A DNA stretch of 29,278 nt from Pseudomonadota bacterium. Lineage in GTDB: Bacteria > Myxococcota > JACRCW01 > JAFGSX01. A program made the translations under genes and the position numbers. The notes beneath the pieces are model-generated. The model had not been told where the DNA came from. It saw only the letters and a list, made by a program, of their open reading frames with translations, and made no database searches. The DNA lies in contig JBDRCO010000009.1 in assembly GCA_043821645.1 (NCBI GenBank), positions 1-29,278 of the forward strand, given 5' to 3'. This document shows, piece by piece, positions 1 through 7,845 of this stretch (positions are counted from its first letter, which is position 1; every line of letters starts with the position of its first letter).

Positions 1-620
1 ATCTGGTCGCCCAGCCAGTCGGCCGCGCCCTGCGTGGTGTCCTGCTTGCGCTCCAGGTTGGCCTCGATGTAGGCGCGCGCTACCGCGTTGGCGACCACCG
101 CCGCGCGCTCGGGCTTCTGGTCCTCGACCGCGATCTTCATCATGCGCGCGTCCTTGATGCCCTCGACGCGGATCGCGCCTTGCACCATCTTGGCCGCGTC
201 GAAGTGCTGCAGGGCCTGCGCCTTCTGCTCCGGGTCCTCGATGTCCTGCCCCGCGTCCCAGAACGCCGGGTCGGCCAGCAGCGGCGTCTTGTGCACGGTG
301 CGCTCGGCCACGTCGCGGCTCTGCACGATGGCGAGCTGGGTGTTGAAGTACTCCTGGTTCCACCAGTAGGAGCCCGTGCCCAGGTCCACCACCTCACTGA
401 CGCCCTGCCCCAGCACCTTGGGCGCCGAGGTCTCGACCAGCAGGGTCGTCGACGCGCGATAGATCTTGGGCTGGCGCAGGGTCCACACCGCGGTCAGGGC
501 CAGCACCGTGGTCGCGATCGCCGCGATCATCCACTTGCGCTTGAGCACCACCCGCAGGTAGCGGCGAAGATCGATGTTCTCGTCGTCGGAGTCGACGAGG
601 TTTTTCTGTAGCTCACTCAT
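1..620 (-). CDS. Polysaccharide co-polymerase / chain-length determinant (Wzc/GumC family), N-terminal part; runs off the window
   Basis: Not in the ORF track. Manual translation from ATG at 620 gives MSELQKNLVDSDDENIDLRRYLRVVLKRKWMIAAIATTVLALTAVWTLRQPKIYRASTTLLVE...EYFNTQLAIVQSRDVAER. This is the typical Wzz/Wzc N-terminus (IDLxxY, TM helix, PxYxA), and the gene lies directly after the OPX gene. Confidence 0.9.
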   Translation of the reverse strand, partial: MSELQKNLVDSDDENIDLRRYLRVVLKRKWMIAAIATTVLALTAVWTLRQPKIYRASTTLLVETSAPKVLGQGVSEVVDLGTGSYWWNQEYFNTQLAIVQSRDVAERTVHKTPLLADPAFWDAGQDIEDPEQKAQALQHFDAAKMVQGAIRVEGIKDARMMKIAVEDQKPERAAVVANAVARAYIEANLERKQDTTQGAADWLGDQ

Positions 621-656
621 GCGCGCCTCGGAATGTGGTTCCCGGTTCCGGGGACC

Positions 657-1253
657 CTAAAAGATCGACTCCGGCACAAACACAATATCCCCGGGTTGCA
701 GACGAATATTCGTCGCCTCGCCCCGGCCCACGCTCTCGACCGGCACCTCGAGCTGCTGCTCGCCCTCTTCGGTCTTTCTGGTCACCAGAACCTTGTTCTT
801 GCTGGCGATCTTGGTAAAGCCGCCGGCCAGGATGATGGCCCTGAGGATGTTCATGTCGTCCTCGTAGGCGAACACCCCGGGCTTGGCCACCTGCCCCATG
901 ACGTAGATGCGCTTGCTGTTGTAGGTCTTGACCAGGATGGTGACCTGCGGGTCCTTCAGGTAACCCTCCTTGAGCATGCTGGCGATCAGGGTGGCCGCCT
1001 CGTGCGGGGTCTTGCCGCTCAGCTCCACCTTGCCTATCAGCGGGAACTGAATGCTGCCGTCCGAGCCCACCTGGTACTGCGCGCTCAGGTCTGGCTCCTG
1101 GTACACCCGCACGTCGAACACATCGCCTGGCCCCAGCGTGGTCGCGGGCAAGGTGTCGACCTTGGTCTTGAAGTCCTGGTTCTGCCGCTGCGCGCTGGGG
1201 CAGGCGCACAGCAGGACAGACGCTGCAAGCAGCGCAAGCAGATGGGTTTTCAT
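657..1253 (-). CDS. Short polysaccharide export (OPX/Wza-like) lipoprotein
   Basis: Lipoprotein-like signal (LLCAC), Poly_export signature LGPGDVFDVRVY...DGSIQFPLIGKV, one SLBB domain (VMGQVAKPG...AGGFT), ends LQPGDIVFVPESIF; only 198 aa. Confidence 0.93.
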   Translation of the reverse strand: MKTHLLALLAASVLLCACPSAQRQNQDFKTKVDTLPATTLGPGDVFDVRVYQEPDLSAQYQVGSDGSIQFPLIGKVELSGKTPHEAATLIASMLKEGYLKDPQVTILVKTYNSKRIYVMGQVAKPGVFAYEDDMNILRAIILAGGFTKIASKNKVLVTRKTEEGEQQLEVPVESVGRGEATNIRLQPGDIVFVPESIF

Positions 1254-1300
1254 GGCTGGCTCTTCAGGATGGGACAGGCAAGGGGAGCTTAAAGAGAAAC

Positions 1301-2593
1301 TCAGTAATACGCGGTCAGGGTCAGCATGGTCAGGTTTTTCCAGTAGCTGAAGTTGCTGTTGTTGTCGCTACCGGAAGCGTTGGTGAACCTGAGCTGCAGC
1401 ATGTCCGAGGCACCGATGGAGAACCAGTCCAGGATGAAGAACCTGGCGCTCAGGTTGCCCTCGATCAGGTGGTCCATGCGGTTGCCACCGCCTTGGATGT
1501 TGGCCTGACCGGTGGCGCTCACGGCCTGGTCAAAGGCCAGCAAGGCGTAGGCCGCGTTGGCCTTGAGTTGCAGACGCTGGAACAACTGGTGACTGGTCTC
1601 GAAGTAGACTCGATTGTCGGTGAAGAACTGGTACATGTACACCGGACGCATTTCACGGCGTATGCCAAGCGTGAAGGTGTTCATCTCGGTCAGGGCGTAG
1701 CGCGCCTCGAGCTGGCCAATAGCGCCGATGAAGGTGGCTGTGGTCAACTGGCCCGAGCTCGAGAAGATTAGTGGGTTGGTGTAGCCCAGCTTGGCCACGC
1801 CCGAGATCTTGCCCGTCAACTGACCCATGGCGCCTATCTCTATGCCCACTGGGAAGTTGGCCACGTTGGGGCTGTTGGCGCTGAGATAGGTAAAAGAACC
1901 GCCGTAGATATCCAGGAAAAAACCCGTCTTGGGCAAGAAGCGCCACTCGGTGCGCAGCTTGAGCTTGTGCTCCATGTTGTTGAAGTCGTCGGGATTGGCG
2001 ATCTGCGAGACTTCGGGCGAGATGCCGATGAAGTCCAAAAAATTGTTGGTCCGCGCCGGGTCGTAGATCTCGATGCCGAAGCCGTAGATCAGAGCAAAGG
2101 TCAGCAAACCGCCGCCAGGTCGAAGCTCGGCACCCAGCGACAGGTCATTGCGCGTACGCGCAAGCTGAGAACCCAATGCTGCATATCCAGGATCCACCGC
2201 TCGAGTGAGCATGTCCCTCAGCGCGACCCCAAAGAAGCCCTTGCGGTTGACCTCGAGTTCCAGGTTGGCGTCGCCGTCGAGCTGGTTGACCTTGCCGGTA
2301 CGCGCGTCCATCAGTCCGAAGTACTGCTGGTAATTCGCCCGAACGCCGGCCTCGACGCTGAGCATGTCGCTGGGGATGCTGAGCTTGAGCTGGGGTCTAA
2401 AGGCCAGGGTCAGGTCGCCCACGAAGGGCTGAGCGAAAGGCCTGTAGTTGGGATTGGTATCAAACCCCGTCCCCAGATCCGCCCCCAGGTGCAGGCGGCT
2501 CTTCTCACCCAGCTTGAGGCCCAGGTCCGCGTTCTGCGCGGCCGCGGGCAGGGCCAGCGACATGGCAACGAGTGCCAGCAAGGCTCTCTTCAC
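1301..2593 (-). CDS. Outer-membrane beta-barrel protein of the polysaccharide export locus (BBP2/EpsX-like)
   Basis: Probable GTG start at 2593 gives signal peptide MKRALLALVAMSLALPAAA. Alternating amphipathic beta-strands, FDTN motif near the N-terminus, C-terminal LTLTAYY beta-signal; adjacent to the short OPX gene. Confidence 0.8.
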   Translation of the reverse strand: MKRALLALVAMSLALPAAAQNADLGLKLGEKSRLHLGADLGTGFDTNPNYRPFAQPFVGDLTLAFRPQLKLSIPSDMLSVEAGVRANYQQYFGLMDARTGKVNQLDGDANLELEVNRKGFFGVALRDMLTRAVDPGYAALGSQLARTRNDLSLGAELRPGGGLLTFALIYGFGIEIYDPARTNNFLDFIGISPEVSQIANPDDFNNMEHKLKLRTEWRFLPKTGFFLDIYGGSFTYLSANSPNVANFPVGIEIGAMGQLTGKISGVAKLGYTNPLIFSSSGQLTTATFIGAIGQLEARYALTEMNTFTLGIRREMRPVYMYQFFTDNRVYFETSHQLFQRLQLKANAAYALLAFDQAVSATGQANIQGGGNRMDHLIEGNLSARFFILDWFSIGASDMLQLRFTNASGSDNNSNFSYWKNLTMLTLTAYY

Positions 2594-2736
2594 GACGCCA
2601 CCATCAACGAGGGAACTGCCCCCATGCAAGACCCGGTTCTCGGTCACCCGGGAGATCATTCCAATGAGACGCGGCAACATACTCGACATCCCCCCGGGCA
2701 GCAACCCCGACTTTTTCCTGAGTGACGACGTGTGTT

Positions 2737-3864
2737 TCATGTCAGAACACTGGCCATGGCCTCGACCAGCGCGCTGGCCTGGGCATCGTTCAGCTCACCG
2801 TAGATGGGCAACGCCAGCACCTCGGCCGCGGCCTGCTCGGCCACCGGCAGGTCGCCCGGCTTGTAGCCCAGCGAGGCGAAGCACTCTTGCAGGTGCAGGG
2901 GCACCGGGTAGTACACGGCACAGCCCATGTCCCTGGCCTTGAGCGCGGCCATCACCGCGTCGCGCCGCGGCACCCGGATCACGAACTGGTTGTAGATGTG
3001 GCGGCCGCCCGGCTGTTCCAGCGGCAGCACCACGCCCTGGTCGAGCAGGCCCGCGTCCTGGATCAGCTTTCGGTAGCGCGCGGCATTGTGCTGGCGGGCT
3101 GCCGTCCAGCTGTCCAGGTGCGGCAGCTTGGCGCGCAGCACCGCGGCGTTGATGGCGTCGAGCCTGAAGTTGCCGCCCACGATCTGGTGCACGTAGTGCG
3201 CGCCCTCGCCGTGGTTGCGCAGCATGCGCACGGTGCCGGCCAGGGTCGCGTCTGCCGTCGTCACCAGGCCGCCATCGGCGATGCCGCCCAGGTTCTTCGA
3301 CGGGAAAAAGCTAAAGGCGCCCATCTGCCCCATGCTGCCCGCGCGCCGGCCCTGGTGCTCGGCGCCTATGGCCTGGGCGCAGTCCTCGAGCACGGCGATG
3401 GGCCTGTCGCCAATCACCTGCTGCAGCGCGGTCATGTCGACGCACTGGCCAAACAGGTGCACCGGGATGATGGCCTTGGTCCTGGGCGTGATGGCCTCGG
3501 CCACCTTGGCCACGTCGAGGTTAAAGGTCGCCGGGTCTATGTCGACGAACACGCAGCGCGCGCCGCGGCGCCACACCGAGCCGGCCGTGGCAAAGAAGGT
3601 GAAGGTGGGGACGATGACCTCGTCGCCAGCCTGGACGCCCAGGGCCAGCAGCGACACCACCAGCGCGTCGGTTCCCGACGACACGCCCACCGCGTGCGGC
3701 ACCCCGCAGTACTCGGCCAGCTCGCGTTCGAGGCCCTCGACCTCGGGGCCACCGATGTAGCGATGGGTGCTGAGCACGCGGTCCATGGCCGCGCGCACCT
3801 CGCCCATGATGGGCGCGTACTGAGCTTGCAGGTCGAGCATGGGGATGGGGCTGGGCTTGGACAT
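2737..3864 (-). CDS. DegT/DnrJ/EryC1/StrS family PLP-dependent sugar aminotransferase
   Basis: IPMLDLQAQY, SSGTDAL, PVHLFGQ, EDCAQAIG, FSFFPSKNLG (PLP lysine), GNFRLD, YYPVPLHLQ. Start placed at ATG 3864. Confidence 0.96.
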   Translation of the reverse strand: MSKPSPIPMLDLQAQYAPIMGEVRAAMDRVLSTHRYIGGPEVEGLERELAEYCGVPHAVGVSSGTDALVVSLLALGVQAGDEVIVPTFTFFATAGSVWRRGARCVFVDIDPATFNLDVAKVAEAITPRTKAIIPVHLFGQCVDMTALQQVIGDRPIAVLEDCAQAIGAEHQGRRAGSMGQMGAFSFFPSKNLGGIADGGLVTTADATLAGTVRMLRNHGEGAHYVHQIVGGNFRLDAINAAVLRAKLPHLDSWTAARQHNAARYRKLIQDAGLLDQGVVLPLEQPGGRHIYNQFVIRVPRRDAVMAALKARDMGCAVYYPVPLHLQECFASLGYKPGDLPVAEQAAAEVLALPIYGELNDAQASALVEAMASVLT

Positions 3865-3979
3865 GGCCGCCTTGTGAACCCCCGTCGTCAGAGTCTGTGC
3901 CTCGGGCGCCACGTCTCTACCGCATCCTGCTGGCGAAGTCATTTCTTGTTGTGTTGGTGCCCGCGTGCTCGTCCGTCAT

Positions 3980-4525
3980 TCACGGCATCCCCGCCGCCAG
4001 CCGCACCAGCTGGGCCTGGCCCTGGTAGGCGGTCTCGGCCTCGGGGTCGCACACCACCACCACGCGCGCTCGCTCCAGCGACACCTCGCGCAGGGCCAGC
4101 TGCCCCTCGAGGATCTCGCGCACGGCGTCGCGCAGGGGGCCCTCGCCCAGCAGCGCCACCTCGCGCACGCCCGCGTCGACCAGCTCGCCCAGCGTGCTGC
4201 GGCAGTGCCTGAGCAGATCGCGGAACTGCAGCACCGTGTGCGACAGCACCTGGTAGCTCAGCCGCGTGTACAGCGCCCGCCCCTCGGTCGTGAGCTCGTA
4301 GCTGTAGCCCAGCCTGTGCGTCGACGCCCCGGTCGAGCGCAGCTTGACCAGCCCGCCCTCGATCAGCTCGCGCAGCACGAAGTGCGCCCGGGTCAGCGAC
4401 AGCCCCGCCTGCACCGCCAGCTCGCGCTGCGACAGATCCGGCGCCCGCGCCAGCGCCTCGAGCACGGACAGCGCCCGGGTGTCGACGGTGGTCTGGGTCT
4501 GCACGGTGGTAGTGGAGCGGGTCAC
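3980..4525 (-). CDS. MarR-family EPS-associated winged-helix transcriptional regulator
   Basis: LSQRELAVQAGLSLTRAHFVLRELIEGGLVK...YSYELTTEG helix-turn-helix/wing, followed by a short Rossmann-like tail (VALLGEG); sits in the EPS locus. Confidence 0.82.
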   Translation of the reverse strand: MTRSTTTVQTQTTVDTRALSVLEALARAPDLSQRELAVQAGLSLTRAHFVLRELIEGGLVKLRSTGASTHRLGYSYELTTEGRALYTRLSYQVLSHTVLQFRDLLRHCRSTLGELVDAGVREVALLGEGPLRDAVREILEGQLALREVSLERARVVVVCDPEAETAYQGQAQLVRLAAGMP

Positions 4526-4541
4526 TGTGGTCGTGTCGTCG

Positions 4542-5123
4542 TCACTTGATCGGGATCAGCAGCTCGGGGTCAATGGTCGTGCGCACCGCGCGGTTGAGCA
4601 GCTCGATGGCGCACACGATGCGCTTCTTGCCCTCGCCCGCCTCCTCGACCACCCCCACCGCCCCGCGCAGCGGCCCCGCCGCCACCTGCACCCGCGTGCC
4701 CCGGGGCAAGGCCGCGCAGCTCTCGACGTCACTGGCGTGCTCGGCCAGCAGGCGCACGCTCTCCAGCTCGCCGTCCGGGATGGGCAGACCGCCGCGCTCG
4801 GACGTGTGCCCCACCACGCACAGCACGTCGCCGAGGTCGACGATGCGATAGCGCGCGGGACCCACCAGCCGCACCCGGGCGAACACGTAGCCCGGAAACA
4901 GGGCCATCTCGACGGTCTTGATGCGATCGCGCCAGGGCCGACGCTCCTGCTTGAGCGGCAGGTAGTGCTCCACCCCCAGCGCCAGCAGCTCCGCGGCCAC
5001 GCCCTTCTCGCAGCGCGAGCGCACCGCCAGCGCATACCAGTGCAGCTCGAGGGCGACGGCATCGACTGCACCCGGCCGCGGGGTGGGCTCTGCCCCATTC
5101 GGTCCCATGGGGGTCCGATTCAT
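4542..5123 (-). CDS. UpxY/NusG-paralog transcription antiterminator
   Basis: NGN domain WYALAVRSRCEK...LFPGYVF and KOW domain GTRVQVAAGPLRGAVG; first gene of the polysaccharide operon. Start codon uncertain (5123 or nearby). Confidence 0.9.
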   Translation of the reverse strand: MNRTPMGPNGAEPTPRPGAVDAVALELHWYALAVRSRCEKGVAAELLALGVEHYLPLKQERRPWRDRIKTVEMALFPGYVFARVRLVGPARYRIVDLGDVLCVVGHTSERGGLPIPDGELESVRLLAEHASDVESCAALPRGTRVQVAAGPLRGAVGVVEEAGEGKKRIVCAIELLNRAVRTTIDPELLIPIK

Positions 5124-5559
5124 GTGGTCCTGCTTGCTCGAGCCACCGTTTTCCATCGAAACGATGCGTTGGCTCGCCGGCCTGCTGTCCACACTGCGCG
5201 GACACCTGTTGCCGGTCTGCTCCTGATCTCCCTGAGTTGTGGATCCCCTCGAAGGATCCGGCTTTTAGCGAGCCTGCCGGGCGGACGCAAGCCTTATGGC
5301 TGTGTCCCTCCGACGGTCCGTGGCACTTTGTGCTGGCCCACCCGCCCTGCGTTCAAAAAAAGAACGTTTGGCGATCGGACCGCTGGCCCGGATCTCAAAG
5401 GCCCGGCCAAAGCTGATAAAATCCAAGCATGTAGACGCAATGCGTCAAGACAATTCTCTTTCCAAACTCCACCTGGTCTGCATACATGGTGTCGGTGTGC
5501 GGGGTACATCAGGCGCGTTTTCCGCACATCCCAGCTCCGGGGGGAGCGAGGCAGGCACA

Positions 5560-5838
5560 GTGCAGACAGACCGCACCCATCCTGAGTCCTTTTTGGCTGC
5601 CAGCACCCCGCGCGACGTGCTCAAGACCTTGATACAAGGCTACATCCAGCACCAGGTCGCGGAGCACCAGAGCCTGTCGCCGCGGCAGCGCGAGACCCTG
5701 CGCGACGAACTCACCGATGAGCAGGCGCTCGAGCACGAGGTCGATGAGCTGCTCAAGACCGACGCCAGCCCGCAGCGCGAGGTGCCCATACAGGCCGGCT
5801 TCGGCATCGGCGCGCCCCCCAGCCTCGACCAGAACTGA
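5560..5838 (+). CDS. Small acidic hypothetical protein (~92 aa)
   Basis: 3' part of ORF 5296..5838 has strong GC3 codon bias and helical character. GTG at 5560 is preceded by GGGAGCGAGG. Start uncertain (ATG 5440 is possible). Confidence 0.55.
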   Translation: MQTDRTHPESFLAASTPRDVLKTLIQGYIQHQVAEHQSLSPRQRETLRDELTDEQALEHEVDELLKTDASPQREVPIQAGFGIGAPPSLDQN

Positions 5839-5857
5839 TCCCGGCTCTGCTGTCCCT

Positions 5858-6325
5858 TCAGTCCGCTTGAAGCGCTTCCAGCACCTGCTGCGGGTGCGCC
5901 TCCGCCTTGGCGACCTTCTTCCAGTGCCGCTTCACCCTGCCGTCCGCACCAATCCACACCGTCGAGCGAATGACGCCGGTGGTCTTCTTGCCGTACAGGG
6001 TTTTCTCGCCCCAGGCGCCGTAGGACTGCATCACCTTGTGCTCGGGGTCGCTCAGCAGGGTGAAGGGCAGGCCAAAGTCCGCGACAAACTTCTCGTGCGC
6101 GGCCGCCCCGTCGGGCGAGACCCCCAGCACCACCGCGTTCAGGGCCGCGAGCCCGGTCTGCAGATCGCGAAACCCGCAGGCCTCCTTGGTGCAGCCCGGC
6201 GTGTTGTCGCGTGGATAGAAATACAAGATCACCTGCTGGCCCCTGTAGTCGGCCAGGCGGTGGGTTTTCCCCTGGCTGTCGACGAGCGAAAACGCGGGCG
6301 CCGGCTTTCCTTCTTGAATGGTCAT
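5858..6325 (-). CDS. bcp: Thioredoxin-dependent peroxiredoxin (BCP/PrxQ)
   Basis: YFYPRDNTPGCTKEACGFRD (PxxxTxxC plus resolving Cys), LGVSPD, RSTVWIGADG; AAGGAGG ribosome site before ATG 6325. Confidence 0.95.
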   Translation of the reverse strand: MTIQEGKPAPAFSLVDSQGKTHRLADYRGQQVILYFYPRDNTPGCTKEACGFRDLQTGLAALNAVVLGVSPDGAAAHEKFVADFGLPFTLLSDPEHKVMQSYGAWGEKTLYGKKTTGVIRSTVWIGADGRVKRHWKKVAKAEAHPQQVLEALQAD

Positions 6326-6383
6326 GGGGACCTCCTTGCATCGAGGGATGTACAGAGCGGGGGCGGGGGGTGCAAAGGGATAT

Positions 6384-6526
6384 CGCGTTCCCGGTTCCTG
6401 GTTCCCGGTTGCGGGTTTCTGGGTTTGTGATGTGCGCCCGCTCGTCCTCATGGGGGCGTCAGACCGCAACTGGCGATCCCATGGGGATCGAAAACCTGGA
6501 ACCTGGAACCGGGCACCGGGAACCTA
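6384..6526. repeat. Two inverted arrays of degenerate 7-bp tandem repeats
   Basis: 6384-6425: cgcgttc ccggttc ctggttc ccggttg cgggttt ctgggtt. 6492-6526: aaacctg gaacctg gaaccgg gcaccgg gaaccta. The arrays are approximate reverse complements. Confidence 0.75.
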
Positions 6527-7579
6527 AATTTCCGCGGCGTACTTTTGCTTCCAGCGCTCGATGTCGTCGATGGCGCGGCTGCGCGAGGTCTGCTCCAGGG
6601 CGCAGGCGCGGATGCTGGCGATGGCGAGGTCCGCCACCTGCGCAGGCTCGAAACCGTACTCCTCGACCAGCCTGGCCTGCTCGGCCGAGATATCCACGCC
6701 GAACATCACCGGGTCGTCGGCGTCGATGGTGACCTGGCAGCCCGCGTCGAGCAGCGCGCGCAGCGGGTGCGGCTGGTCGGCCGGCATCACGTGCAGCAGG
6801 GTGTTGGAGCTGGGGCAGACGTGCAGCCAGATCTTCTCGGTGGCCAGGCGCCGCACCAGGGCCGGGTCCTCGATGGCCCGCACCCCGTGCGAGATGTGCC
6901 GCACGCCAAGCTGATCGAGCACCTCGCGCACGCTGCTGGCGCCGCACAGCTCTCCGGCGTGGGCGCGCAGGCGCAGCCCCGAGGCCTCGGCGCGGCGAAA
7001 CAGCGGCTTCCAGTCCACCGCGCGGCCCACCCGCTCGTCACCCTGCAGGTCGATGGCCGCGATCAATCCCGCCGGCGCCATGCCCACCAGCCCCAGCGCC
7101 TCGTCGAGCTCGGCCTCGACCTCGGCCAGCGGGCGGTGGCGGTTGAGCCCGTACACCACCTGCACGTCGATGCCGCTGGTGACCGCGGCCCGGGCGCAGC
7201 CATGGGACATGGCCTCGAGCACCTGACGCTGGCTCAGACCGCGCTCGCGATGGAAGGGCACCGACACGATGAGGTCGACGTAGCGCACACCCTGCGCGGC
7301 GAGGTCCTCGAGCACGTGCTGGGTGTGTAGCTCGATGGCGTCGCAGGAGCCGGTGGACGGCCTCAAGAAGCGCTGAAAAACATCAAGAAAATCAGTGAAA
7401 TCCGGAAAAGGATCGGCCGCACCTAGCCACGGCTGATGATCTGCAAAGGCCTCGCCTTCGGGGTGGCGCGAGCGCACCGTGCTCCAGCGCAGCGCGCCCT
7501 CGAGATGCAGGTGCATCGACGCCTTGGGCAACTGTCGCATGGCCCTGACCAGCGCGCTGGTCGATCGCTCGGCGTCCAT
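6524..7579 (-). CDS. Adenosine/adenine deaminase family metallohydrolase
   Basis: LPKASMHLHLEG, AHAGE, ISHGV, CPSSN, DADDP metal and catalytic motifs. Confidence 0.92.
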   Translation of the reverse strand: MDAERSTSALVRAMRQLPKASMHLHLEGALRWSTVRSRHPEGEAFADHQPWLGAADPFPDFTDFLDVFQRFLRPSTGSCDAIELHTQHVLEDLAAQGVRYVDLIVSVPFHRERGLSQRQVLEAMSHGCARAAVTSGIDVQVVYGLNRHRPLAEVEAELDEALGLVGMAPAGLIAAIDLQGDERVGRAVDWKPLFRRAEASGLRLRAHAGELCGASSVREVLDQLGVRHISHGVRAIEDPALVRRLATEKIWLHVCPSSNTLLHVMPADQPHPLRALLDAGCQVTIDADDPVMFGVDISAEQARLVEEYGFEPAQVADLAIASIRACALEQTSRSRAIDDIERWKQKYAAEI

Positions 7580-7677
7580 GGTGGCTCCTGGTTCATTGAA
7601 CCACGCACCACCCCGGCGGTCACGAACACGGCCGGGGGACTGAAGGAGGGTGAAGGAGGGAAGGAGACAGAGAAGGA

Positions 7678-7811
7678 GGGGACTGGCACTTACAATTACA
7701 TTTTATTTGCGCAGCATCCGACCTCAAAGATGTCGAGGTTCGGGGATTACAGTATCATTGTAACTGCCCGTTTTTTATTGTTTTTAAATGTAATTGTAAG
7801 TGCCAGACCCC
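7678..7811. mobile_element. 134-bp AT-rich element bounded by 26-bp terminal inverted repeats (MITE/REPIN-like)
   Basis: 7678-7703 ggggactggcacttacaattacattt versus reverse complement of 7786-7811 ggggtctggcacttacaattacattt: 25/26 identical. Interior is AT-rich, unlike the flanks; no transposase and no evident target duplication. Confidence 0.6.
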
Positions 7812-7845
7812 TATTTCGCCCAACCGAACGCCGGTGCAGCTCCTC

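Noticed and set aside
6384-6526. CRISPR array
   Set aside because: Units are 7-bp tandem repeats with no spacers, and there are no cas genes in the window.
7678-7811. Tn3-family transposon end, integron attC or dif site
   Set aside because: Similarity to Tn3 ends is limited to the first GGGGTCTG bases, with no 5-bp target duplication or transposase; attC and dif consensus boxes were not seen.
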